Of a stretch of 64,000 bases of DNA, positions 13,973 to 26,072 are shown piece by piece. This DNA is from Vermamoeba vermiformis. Its lineage: Eukaryota. Made by a program: the position numbers and the translations under genes. Location: the NCBI GenBank assembly GCA_045837725.1, contig JBEWZL010000166.1:62001-126000 (forward strand), read 5' to 3'. The notes beneath the pieces are model-generated. The model saw only the letters and a list, made by a program, of their open reading frames with translations. It was not told where the DNA came from and searched no databases. How positions within the stretch are numbered: position 1 is the first letter of the stretch; every line of letters begins with the position of its first letter.

Positions 13973-15179
13973 ATGAGCCAAAAAAGAAAAATCGACGAAT
14001 TAAAAGGACAAAAGAGTGAAGAACCGCCATTAAAAGTTCGAAAGATTGATGCAGATCACACTCTTTTGAACAGCGATATTCTAGGCGAAATAACACGGTA
14101 CCTCGAGATAAATGATGCCATAAGGTAAATTCTAGTTATTAATTGCACATTAAGGCCTTCAGAACTTCAATTCTACATTTTTTCTGAAAGGATCCGGTAC
14201 AATTTTTCTTATTTCGAATTAATCGAATGAATATTCATTCTAAGGTTGGGCAATGGATTTAAAGTACTATACACTTTAATATGGAAAGTGTTGCGGGCCA
14301 TTGACGCCGAGGTGAATGTAGATCAAGTGCCGAATTTTCTGCGTAACATCAACGCAGCTAGATCCATCGAAAAATTTAGCTTGAAAATCAAGCATAGTGA
14401 ACAACAACTCAAATATAATCAAGAATGCAGTAATCAATTGGCAACATACCTTGGATCTTGTGCGAACTTAAAGGATTTGACCTTAAATCGAAGCTACTTT
14501 GGCGACGTTGACATCCTAAGCTCCCTTACTAATTTGAAATCCGTTCATATTGTTGAATACGACAATACGCCCTTGGATCAGCTGTTTCCGAACCACTCAA
14601 AATTGATCTCGTTAACTTTATCCAATTGGGCTTTGCACAAACGTAAGTTGTCATTAAAGATACTCTTATTACATTTACTAATATACCACTTCATTAGTTT
14701 CCGGTTTGAGCTCGATCCGAAACCTTACGTCTCTTTCGTTGGTGGATTCAATGATCGATTGCGAGGGAGAGGATATCGATCCATTGCCGGATATATATAG
14801 TACTCTAACTAATTTAAGAGAACTAAAATTGAACGAATTTGATCTCTTCGATCTCAGCGGAATATCGAAACTGAAAGACTTAACGAATCTGGATCTAACG
14901 GAAGTGCGTCTTAACGAGGACGAAGAATACGACTTTAGACCGCTACTTAAACTACCTAACCTGCAATCCGTCTGTCTCGCTGGCGTTGAAGGACTTACCA
15001 GATCCCACCACAAAACTCTGGCGAAGTTAAATCTGACTACGTTGGTGTTGCCCGATGAAGAGCCAATTTCAGACGATGAAGATGAAGACGAAGATGATGA
15101 TGGAAGCGATGAAGAAGATAATGAAGATAATGAAGATAATGAAGATAATGAGGACAAGAGCGAGAATGACGAAGAATAG
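13973..15179 (+). CDS. F-box-like/LRR protein with acidic tail (3 exons)
   Basis: Exon 1 MSQKRK...LLNSDILGEITRYL (NLS plus F-box-like); LRRs LSSLTNLKSV, LTNLRELKL, LTNLDL; D/E-rich C-terminus. Confidence 0.8.
15113..15150 (+). repeat. Coding 9-bp tandem repeat (GAAGATAAT)x4
   Basis: Directly visible; encodes EDN repeats in the acidic tail. Confidence 0.9.
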
Positions 15180-15208
15180 TGATGATTGAATTAAACCTAA
15201 TTGATTAA

Positions 15209-18009
15209 TTACGCGAAATAATAAATGATAGCACTAATATGAGTGACATGAAGCTTTACATCGCTAACATAATCAACAATACACACCCGACAATACCATA
15301 TGACATTGTGCTTGCCGAGGATACAGCAGGAGCTGGTTGAGTGCCTGGGGATTGTGGTTGCGATGGTGTGGGCAAGGGCGGGAGAGTAATTCAATGAACG
15401 GCATTGATCGCTTAATACGTGAACATCAAAGGTTTGCGACGGATAGAATCTGCAGTTATTCGTGTCAAACGTAAAAGTGTCATTCAGTGACACTTGTCCA
15501 GTGACACTTTGACACGCCAACACTGAACTGCCAATGTTCGAGCCAAATGCGTGAGCCTGTGCAACACCTTGCACGTGATTGCCTTGAAGAATTGTTCCGA
15601 GTACTGAAGTCACTGTAGTATTAGGAAGTCCAGCTTGTTGTTCGAAACACATGGCTACCATGTACGATCCCAACGTTGACACTTGTTGACCGACACGTGT
15701 CACATTGTTGCCACGGATTTCAACACCAAACAAAATAGTGCCACGAGTGAACGTGTCTTGTTGAGACAACTGAACACCAGCGACTCGGATCTGAGCATTC
15801 GCGTTAGGATCGTCAGCGTAGAGATTATTGTTGAGAATTCTTGACTTGTATACTTGAGTCACTTGTTCCTGGAAATATGGGATTTGAAGTTGTGATAAGC
15901 CACATCTGTCGATAGCAGTAGAGGCGTAAACCCGTTGATAAGGCCTGTAATCTATGCCTGCACCATTCACGAATGAATTTCCAACAATAGTAACGTTCAC
16001 ACCTGCAGCAGCGTAGAGCCAGATGCCACGAGGGTTGCCTTTGAACAACGAGTCTTTGATGAGCCAGTTCAAAAAGCCAGGTGTCACCAGCGAGTACTTG
16101 CTTTGAGAGGTCGGGACAACCACCCAGGGCTCGTCAATAGTTATAGTATTTGTCGTCGCAGAGACTAGCCGACGAGTCTGACCAAATCCAGGGCCACCAA
16201 CGATTGTCAGGCTCAACATGTCAGTCGTTTGAAGGGTCCAATTGGCCGTCAAAGCTGTCAAAGTGGTGCTCGTTGCCGAAGACACTTGACCCACGTCAAA
16301 TTCTCCTCGCTTAGGACCACCTCCTTCAGAAAGAATAGTCTCGCCATCGTTATTATCCTTCGTGAAATCAAAGTTCAAAGTCTCGAACTGACTTCGGTCC
16401 ACAACGATGTTCTCGCAAAAGTTGCACGACCACATGCGACTTTGAATCGGTCCTTCAGGAATGAACTGCTTGCTGGCGTCGCGTATCAAATGGAAATTGT
16501 CGAGCACGCTGTATTTCATGAAACTCGTTGACATAAAACCGTTCTCGAAGTACAACCAAACGTTGCGGAAGATGCCGTACTTGGTGCAACCAAAGGCGTA
16601 CTGGGACCAGTAGCCGTTGATAGGCAAACTGTAAGAAACTGCGACAAAGTCCTGTACAAGCAAGTTGTTGGCGCTGACCGAAAATTTTGAAGCTTTGAGG
16701 TCCCAATAAATTCGAGTCAGTACGATGTTCGATAAGTTCGAGCCGGAGATTGCGTTGCCGTAGAATCCTCCGTTGAAATCTCCAGGTCTGAAAGTCAGAT
16801 CCATCATAGCGAAGTTCGAGAAGGCCGGGTCGGAAGAGTAAATCCAGCTGCCAGAATTGTTGCAATAGCCAGAATAGATCGTGGTGCGATTGACACCTGC
16901 GCCTTTGATAACAACGTTGCTCTGGAGTTGAAGAGACTTGCACGACAGCCATTGAAAATCTCCTTCGCTGAGCACCAATATGCCGCCTCCTTGCTGGCTT
17001 AATTGATTGATGGCTTGTTGAATTGCTGGGAACGCGTCGTATGATGGGTCCGTGCTAGAGTTCAGAGTGACGATGTTCTTCTCGATGAATCCAAAATTGA
17101 CTCCCCAGCCTACTCCGATGTTCAAGTAGTCCTTGCCAACTCGTGCCGTGACAATCAGCTTTGTAGTCGATGTGGATCCGAGACCATTGTCGATCAAAAC
17201 TTGGTACTGCGCATCACTTTCGAGGTCATTAGGAGTCGTTATAGTCAACACATGTTCATCGCTTTGGCTCAAATCCACTGTAGCCCCCAACATCGTGTCG
17301 GTACTAAAAAGGGATTGTCAGAAACACTCATCCAATGAATGGCGAGGTCGTGAAAGTGACAGGTGTCAAAAGTGTCAAAATTGTAACTCACCCTTGTTTG
17401 ATGAAATAGACTCTCGGCTGCCAAGACGAACCAAAATATAAGTTCTCGCCATAAAGTTTCATTTGTTTTCCAGGGAACACTTCGTACATGTCAAATTGTT
17501 GGCAGTGCGGTCGATTCATCGTAACAGTGTCACTTGTGACTCCATTACTGCGGACCTGAAGCGTAAAATCTGTCAGTATTGCAATTGCCATATAAATTAT
17601 TATGATTCTATTGTAATACCTTGACGAAATAAGCCTCCAAAAACCAATCGTCCGGAACAACGAATTGGATTATCGATGCCGAAGTTGGATCCGACGAAAT
17701 AATTTTAGCAGAGACTTCGCCATGATTAGGACCAGATATCAAGACTTCGGGATTATTGCCAAAATTTTCTCCTTGCACGTAAACGATGTCACCTATGTTG
17801 ATCTAAAATTAATTCGATCTGTACCGCAAGGTTATCATTACAAATAATCAATCGAGGACTAATATTAATTTATATACTACGTTCTTACCAGGAAAAGCGG
17901 TGGGCGACCAGTTCAAGATTACAACGGAATCCGATCTGACATTGCGAGCTAGTAAACAAATCACCAGCGCCACAAAAATGCAGGATTTAGAGTTTATATA
18001 CACAACCAT
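15209..18009 (-). CDS. Secreted right-handed beta-helix (pectin lyase fold, Pectate_lyase_3-like) protein with apparent C-terminal frameshift
   Basis: Signal peptide exon MVVYINSKSCIFVALVICLLARNVRS; 694-aa ORF with DAFPAIQQAINQLSQQGGGILVLSEG...LQSNVVIKGAG and many IxxN beta-helix turns. Confidence 0.8.
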
Positions 18010-18283
18010 GTCTTGTTGTAACTATATACTGCACAATATAAATAAATAAATGTCTGCTACCATTTTAAAATGCGGACAGGACCGGAATCACATTGACACT
18101 GGTCAAAAAAGAACCAAGGCAGCTATATACGAACCTCGTTATTATAGATAGATTACTTTATCTAGTTTACTTATATTTTAAATAGTTTAATGTTTAGCGA
18201 ATAGTTAGGCCGTACCGTTGTGAGTTTCTAAATGTGGCTGTATCCAGCGACACCCGCCAATCAGCTTGGCTAAGTTTATAATG

Positions 18284-21045
18284 CTAAGAGTATTGAAGCA
18301 ACATCCGTATCACAATTGCAATACCAGCTTTGATAAGAACTGGACGTACCAACAACTTTTTCAGTTCCGTCAACATTGTATCAAACGTAACGCCAAGTAG
18401 AAGTACTGCTGCCGCTCCCAGACCATGGTGCAAAGCCGATCCAAAAAGCAAGACTACGTTGTACGCAAGCTTTGCAAGTATTTCCAAGTTGAGAATCGCT
18501 GCAAATACTTTCGAAACGTTCAGTGATCCGATGAAGAAAAGAACAACGGCAATAAATGTCCCTATTCTTTTGTTCGGATAATGTGCCAATTTTTTGTCTT
18601 CGAAAATATAGTTTTCGGCCAGCACGACGTATATTAAGCTAACAACTGACCAAATTGTATTTGCCAACGCATCGTAGACCACTCTCGAAGTGCCACCAGA
18701 GATCACAGTGATTTCCTATAATTGGCACTAAAAACCAAAGCCACACTGCAAAATCGCGTGCAAAAATACTGCGTTGTGATTTGTTTGAAGCCCATAAGAA
18801 GACTATTAAGCTGTAGAATAAGGTCGAGTAGAGGCTCAATGCTGGCACCTTTGCGATAAACAGCGAAAACAGTCCTGGGACCAACAATAGCGTGCATAGT
18901 ATCCAGAGCATTTCTGCAGAATTGGGGAATATTCCAACTAAATCGTAATAATTAGAATTAAGCGTTAATTATGAAACTAAAAAAATTCGAAGTGACGGAT
19001 CTCGATCCCCGTTGCTCTACATCACTTTCACCTAAGCACCTTAAGTAATAACATATATACAGTAGCCTTCGACGACAATGTGTAACAATAAGAAATAGCT
19101 TGTTTTGATTCGTAGGCAAGGTAAGAGATCGATCGAAATACATCAACTCAGCGTGATTAAAAAAAACAAAATTTTTTTGACGATTACGTCTAATAATTAT
19201 AATAACAACAAGAACGATGATTGTATATAACTTACAAGTCCAAGCTAGCGGTCTTGTGACGTGAGCGTAATAAAAGTTGAGCTTATAGAGTCGTTCCCTC
19301 TTGTAAAACGAGTACTTGGCCGTCCACAGATCTTGAAGGCTAAACGCTAATTCAACAGATGAATTTTCATTTTTTGGCAGTGCGATATTTGCAGGTTTGA
19401 TAGCTCTCTGACGCTGGCCAAGGATTATATGGAACTCGGCTTTTTGTGGGATGCCAGCAATTGTTCCGCTAGTTTGAACGATAAATCTGCGATAAAAATT
19501 ATATTATTATATTATATTATTGTATCATAGTATTTTATTTATTAATAAAATCGGTTTGCTATAGTATTTAAATTTTACCTTTCGAAACCTTTTGTATTCG
19601 GAGGAATACTTAAAACAACATTACACGGAACAAGAACCAAATGTTTCCCACGCTTTTCGGCCGCACAAACGTTCTTTATCAAGTCCTTCGTTAAATCGCT
19701 CTACAAATTATAAATTAGTTGGAGTTGTGGTCCACGACAATACCTTCTTAAGGCGCCATTTCTTCCTCTCGCTATCATAGTAGTGATTCTCATTTATTTT
19801 ACGAATTTCATCGTCATCCGTTGTGCTGGTTTGCTCGGGTTCTGCTTCAAATCTGAATCCGTTACTCTCTAAGGCTTGCTTCCAAAGTTTTCTAAATAAA
19901 TTATAAAATTAAATTAACATCGAGTAATAATACGTATAACCATATCTTACTTGGAAAGTTTCATTTGTTGCCTGACGAGTTTTGTGAACTCGACATCCGA
20001 GTCCAGAAAAGATCTCCAATACGTGCTTACTTCTCGGGCAGCAAGTGCCGTAGGCAAATCGCAAATTAATATTTGATGGATAATTTCCTGTAAAAATACG
20101 TCAGCAATTAAGAAAAAGTCACATCTGCCCTAGGCGACTAAATTAATTATTTCTGAATGTGGAAATTTTTTAAAATATCAAGTGCACGTACCGCAGGTAA
20201 AACTTGATCGATCAGTGCAACGCTCAGTGCGGGATCTGAGAAACCTTCTTTCCTTTTAAAACTCATGTAAGATAATTAGCAGTAATGGTGTAACATTTGT
20301 AGTTGCCTCGTTTGGCTTAAAAACAATGAATGATTTCGCTAAAATAAATCTCCAAAAATCCCAGGCACAGGTAAAAATAAGTAAACGTTGAAACCGCGTT
20401 CTGCAACGCAACGTTGCGTGCCAAAAAATTTACAACGTTGAAAAAAAAAATGTTGCGCAACCTTGGGCGTTGCGGAATGCAGTAGTACCATTCGTCGCTG
20501 GTTACGACTAAAAAAATACGAAGTCTCAAACAAGCTCGGTTAGAACTTAGCATTTATTTCGGTCGGTCCAAAAGTGCTAAGTTGTGCCACGTTGAACTTC
20601 GGAGCTTCATTCTGGTGATCTGGAAGGGCTTTGGGGTTTTGATATTTTTCAACAACAACAACAACCCTGCCAGAGCAAGATGCGCTGAAAAAACTTGTTG
20701 GGCTTCATCCGAGTTTCTCATCCGTAAGTTGGGCGCTGGCAGTTCCCTGAACAATTTATTAATAAATAATTAGAGCATTGGTTTAGTAAAAGGTCACATT
20801 ATGCGAATTTATGGGATGATCAAACTTTTTTAACTCGTGCGAGAAAATTAATTTTGGGGATTTCTTCCCTAATATATTATATATAAATATTTACCTTTTG
20901 CTTTTATGGTATTTGGCTTCAGAATAAATTGTTGAAGTCAAATCTCGGCAGATAACTTGGCTGTGCTGCAGCACGTCTGGTAGTTACTCGCCAAATGTAG
21001 TGGAGTAGATACTAACCTTAAATAACTTATTGTTTGCCGGCCATT
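18284..21045 (-). pseudogene. Decayed multi-exon gene(s) ending in a multipass membrane segment
   Basis: Exon-like blocks with GT/AG ends; hydrophobic ORFs 18639-18911 and 18284-18706 are joined by a +1 frameshift (GGAAATC near 18712); in-frame stops in upstream blocks. Extent is uncertain. Confidence 0.45.
20366..20480. repeat. Short palindromic repeat copy 1 (MITE-like)
   Basis: AAATAAGTAAACGTTGAAACCGCGTTCTGCAACGCAACGTTGC matches the reverse complement of 21658-21709; it also has an internal inverted repeat (20398-20418 vs 20456-20478). Confidence 0.75.
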
Positions 21046-21657
21046 TTTGCTGCTTTGTGTCGTCACACGCGTTTTGAAAAATAAAATAAATTTTTCGAAT
21101 TAGGCGCGCACCTCGGCACAAGATTACAACAAGGGGAGTTTTGAGGTTTAAGGCACAGAAAGGAGTACGTAGTTACTTTAAAATGCATTGGAATAATACA
21201 AATATGGTAATTGGTGTTCCCAACCGTAGATTCGCTCATTTGAGCTACTCCATCCAAATTCGATAGAGCAGCAGGGCACTGTTATGACTGATTGTCCGGT
21301 CGTTTGATAGGATATACTCACAAATGTATCTTTCTAGCTCGTCAGCATATTTTAAGCTGCGGAAAGTCGCTAAAAGACAAATCAAATCCGCTCCTAATTT
21401 TTCAGATCAACTTCGTGTCTTCAGTGCAAAACTCTAAAAAACCGAAAATCCGTTCAAATTAGCAATGTTACAGTATTTAAACAATGGCGCTTCTAATATT
21501 GTGAACGAAAGTGGCAGTGGGCACCGAGATCCGCAGTAGGACGAGCTTTATCTGCTTGCTTTAAGTTGCATACCATGCCCTAAAGGGTGGCCTTAATAGA
21601 TCAAAGCATTTCGTGTCTTTACAGTTGCGTTGTGTCGTGGAACCATCAACTGTGTTG

Positions 21658-21709
21658 GCAACGTTGCGTTGCGGAACGTGGTTTCAACGCGGACTTATTT
21701 TCACTAGTG
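21658..21709. repeat. Short palindromic repeat copy 2, inverted relative to copy 1
   Basis: GCAACGTTGCGTTGCGGAACGTGGTTTCAACGCGGACTTATTTTCACTAGTG, near-identical to the reverse complement of copy 1. Confidence 0.75.
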
Positions 21710-21895
21710 GGACTGGACAAGCCCACGTGTAAAATTGCCGGTTTGCAAACAAAACATATCAGTGCGATACTTAAGTATCATTTAAAATTGCAAGGTATCT
21801 ACAATTAATTACCTGGCGATTCCGGATTTGTGTTGATCTAAGGTTAGCGCTTCAAGTTTTTGGAAGATTGAGGGCTTTAAATGACCGTTTATCCG

Positions 21896-22566
21896 TTATT
21901 CTTTTTTAGGCTTCTTAATCCACGCCAATGATTTGATTACAAAGATTAAGCCAAGACTTAACAGAAGAATAATCCTCGATAGAAATGCAATCGGATCTCC
22001 AAACTGCGCAGCAACAATATCTTGCATATTCACTTCTTCTTGAGCAGGATTATGATGCGGTAGTAATAGTGTGTAGCCAGATACCAGCGAGAAAATTGTT
22101 TGAAGAGCCAAAATGAATCTGCTTCCTCGTACCGATCTTTTGTAAGACTTGAAAATGATCCATAAGACGAGCAATGTGACTAAACTAAGTCCCCCGTAAT
22201 ATACAGCTCTATGTAGTAGTAATTCATTCGGATCCGAACTTGGCTTAGCTCGCACGGTATATAAATGAAATAAGATCGCATTCCAGATCTGCACAAAAAA
22301 ATCCATTAAAATCCATAGTAATACATATTATTATTTACATATTATCATCGTTATTTATGAGCAAGTGAAATTAAATAACATTACTGTTGCAAAATTACAA
22401 GATCTGCTACCTGACCATTATTAAAATAATACACGATCGTCGTGTACTAAGAAAAGCTTAAATATAACTTGATTATACTCACCTTCGTCCAAGCAAATAT
22501 AATCACTGAAGCAGCACCAAACCAAAGTAGATTCAGGACCGTCAGCTCTTTGCTAGCGTGCACCAT
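21896..22566 (-). CDS. Small multipass membrane protein, unknown function (2 exons)
   Basis: Exon 1 MVHASKELTVLNLLWFGAASVIILLGRR splices to ORF 21896-22306 with about 3-4 TM helices and a KKPKKE tail. Confidence 0.7.
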
Positions 22567-22912
22567 TTTCTTTTGATTGTTATTTTGCCTATCGCGGCGA
22601 TCAAAACATTATCATTATACTGAGCGTGAAAGTTTTGTGGAAAATTTGACGTAGTCATCTCGACACTTTTTTTTGATTTTTTCTGACTTGCGCTCAATTA
22701 TTATAGTGTATATTTGTGATGTACCACATTCTAATTGACGAAGTATTGAAATTGTAAGAGTTGTGCCGTAAAGCCTGCAGCATTGATAGAAATACTCGAC
22801 ATCGGAAACGTTTCCGATCTAAAAAACCGGTTTTCGAGGAAGAAAATTTTGAGTATTTAATTATAGCCGGCGGCAAACCAACCACAACTTAATTCTTCGA
22901 AACTTTCTAGCG

Positions 22913-25839
22913 ATGGTACGACTGTCTTAAAATGTCAATTCATTTTTAATTTCTCTAATAATTATTTTAGGAGGATGGCAATTGTATGCAAATAGATGCC
23001 GAAGGTAATACTAATTTTTCAAATTATTCGTCGATTTTAGCGGTTAGTTCTAAGAATTTTATTTACATTAGGCCCAATCACCACACTCCCCATCGAAGTT
23101 GTAGCGAACCATTTATTCAAATTCTTCGACTTTAAATATTGGATCGAATATTTAATACCAGTATGCAAATTATGGCAACTCGCGGCTGTCCAATCGCAAC
23201 TCGTTAAACTCATCTGCCTGGATCTATCTAAAATGGAAGCAATACTCAACGCACAATACATGGTCAGTCATTATCGCATCGCAGCACTTATGTTGAAGCA
23301 AGCTGGCACTTCTGTCTATCATCTAGTGGACATAATCAATGCCTCCCCAATGCTCAAAACAGTCTATTTTTTACCGCCGTGTACAAGCTTCACGACATTT
23401 TCATTCAAAGAAGGACTATTGCCCGTAGTAGACACGCAGCCCCATGACCCCAAAATCTACTGCAATCACGTGACAACTGTTGGAGTACCGCACGAACATC
23501 AATCGTTACTGTGCTTGTTTCCAAATGTGGAATACATTTCCATAGGCGGAGATACCAACTATTGGTACGGAATCGAATTCAGCTTGGCACGTGTTAAGGA
23601 AATTGAAATTTCCGGACATATCCACGACAATGACTCAGCGTGTCAGTTGGTCAAAGAGCTCAAGTTGAACTTTCCTAACTTGACGAAATTGTACCATACG
23701 ATTTACTCCCTGGGAGAAGAGATTTCCTGGAATGACTTCATAACGACTGCCAAAGAATTAGGAGTTGAAGTCACTAACAGAACCTTTTACCGTGACGAAG
23801 TGTCCGATCACGACAACATTTCACACCACCTTCCCTGGCTCCATAATGAATCTCTTGCATCAAATTTGGAATCTGCTATTGGCTGGAGAGCTTCCATACA
23901 AAAACAACAGCTATATTACATGGAAAAAAAATTGCCGTTTTGGATGTCGGTGAAGTTTGAGATCGATAATTTGGAGAACGGAACTGAAATCGCAATAGAA
24001 ACTTTAAAGCATGCAAGCCTGCAACAACTTTCCTCGTTCAGTGAATTAGACTTCATTTCATACTGCGCTGCCGTACTGTCAAAACTGTCACTGCAACGTA
24101 TTGCAGCGGAAGTTGGACGAGACAAACTCAGAATCATGTTGAATGGCCGCTTCAAGGGCACTGAACCAGTGCTACATTATCTTACTCGGAAATATGACAC
24201 ACTAGATTCTTATTTGGACTTATTTCGGCATCAAGATCTGATAGAGACCGAAGCATTGAAAGAATTGCAAATAGATATTTTGGAGTGGTGGAACCTAGAA
24301 AGAAGGTTTGGCATTTTGCCAGCTATCCAAGAAATAGATGCAATTTTTAAACAGCGACAAGTAGAAGGAGGAGCACTAATTGTTAAGGACTTCATTTTTA
24401 GACAATTTTCATGTCAGTATTTCAGCGATGTTAGTTCATTCGTACAAACATTCAATATTGATGTAAACCAATCATACGACGCCAAAGGCAACACGCTTTT
24501 ATCACTCGGCATAGAAGAAGGAGTTTACACGATGATAGAAGAGGCGATTAAGCTCGGCATTGACTTGAACAAACCTGACAAGAACGGTCTGACGCCGCTC
24601 GTCAAAGCTATACAGCACAAGTACCAAGCAGCAGTTGAAATATTACTTCGAAAAGGAGCGGATCCAAACATTGCCGGAGACACCTCAAGTTTGCCGCTTC
24701 ATTTGGCCCTGAAGAAGTCCGACGAAAATTCGTTTCGAATCATGAACACATTGCTAACATTCGGCGCTGACATCAACAAACCGGATGTTTATAAAGACGG
24801 ACAAACACTTTTTCCGCTTACTGTGGCAGTCACTAAAGGTCCGAACAACGTTGAAAAAGTCAAACAGTTAATTCTCCGAGGAGCAGATCCGAAGATCACC
24901 GACGAAGCTGGCAATACTCTGCTTCACACGCTACTAGGTTCCACAGATGAACGCAAAGAACTGCTTTCCTTATTAGTAAAGTACATCAATATCGATCACC
25001 CGAACAAGCTCGGAAGAACACCGCTGCATCAGGCCGTAACGGACCGATCTGAATTAATTAGCGATGCTATTGCTCTAGGTGCCGATGTCAATCGAGGTGA
25101 TATGTTTGGCAGAACGCCTTTGATGTTGGCGATGGCAATAAGTTGCTACAAGACCTGCCTGCACCCACTTCTAACAACGAACAAAATCAACATCAAAGCA
25201 AGGGACAAAATCGGCCAATCGTTTGTTAGTTACGTCGTAAACCATTCGCCGTGGAGCAATATGCAAACATTGTTCAAGAGTAAGATCGTATTTGGATCTG
25301 ACATTTGACATCTTGTGACACTTTTTGACACTTTGACAGGTGAAGAAATTATAGAAGCGTGCCACTTTTACTTAAACGACGATAACCTCCGATTCATTAT
25401 TGACGAAAGCAAAATGATATTAAGTCACAGCAAGAGCCTGAAAAAGGCTTTTAAGATCATCGCGTGTCACATCACGTTGACAAAGTTCTTTGTCGAGCAA
25501 GTCGGTCTCGATGTCAAACACTCGGATATTCTCGGAAACACATTATTATCAAGTATGAAAGTCAACGGTGAAGAATCAATACAAGTCTTTGAATATCTTG
25601 TCAATAAGGGTGCAAAATTGGATTGGAAAAGTTCGGAGCAAACTCCGCTGCTATTACATGAAGCATTCAAATCGCCGTTACTGAAACGAAAATCGTTCCA
25701 AAAGATGAAGTTATTGATGAAATACGGTGCACTAGCAACAGAACCGAATAAGAATGGGTTATCGTTAATGGACATTGATCCACAATGCGAACAAACGCTC
25801 AAGTCAGATTTGCACCCAGATTTCTTCGAATTCGAATAG
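22913..25839 (+). CDS. F-box (N-terminal) plus ankyrin-repeat (C-terminal) protein
   Basis: ITTLPIEVVANHLFKFFDF...VCKLWQ F-box upstream of the listed ORF; many ankyrin repeats (GLTPLVKA, GNTLLH, GRTPLH); intron 25280-25340 joins ORF 25315-25839 in frame (FKS|EEII). Confidence 0.88.
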
Positions 25840-26072
25840 CCTTAATTTGGCTCGTCAATAAAAATCTCATTAATTGGTTTTATGCGTTTTCGGACCCCCT
25901 GTCCGTTAAGAAACCATTGATAAAATGCCATTGAAATTTGCAGTACGGAGCAAGCATATCGAAATTTATACGTTACTCGCACGGGCCAATCTGTGGTTAC
26001 TGTGAATTGAAGAATAGATAACAGTCCTTTAGTCGAAAGTAGAAGATAACGTTTATTTTTTCCTTGATGCCA

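Noticed and set aside
14678..15157. Ser-rich antisense ORF, and similar shadows at 4230, 16455, 36724, 40470, 40567
   Set aside because: Antisense or alternative-frame shadows of real coding exons.
19972..20000. Second CTGACGA followed by a hairpin
   Set aside because: No GAAA in register and no stems I or III; not a hammerhead.
25308..25315. Separate ankyrin gene at 25315-25839
   Set aside because: A GT-AG intron at 25280-25340 joins it in frame to the upstream F-box/ankyrin ORF.
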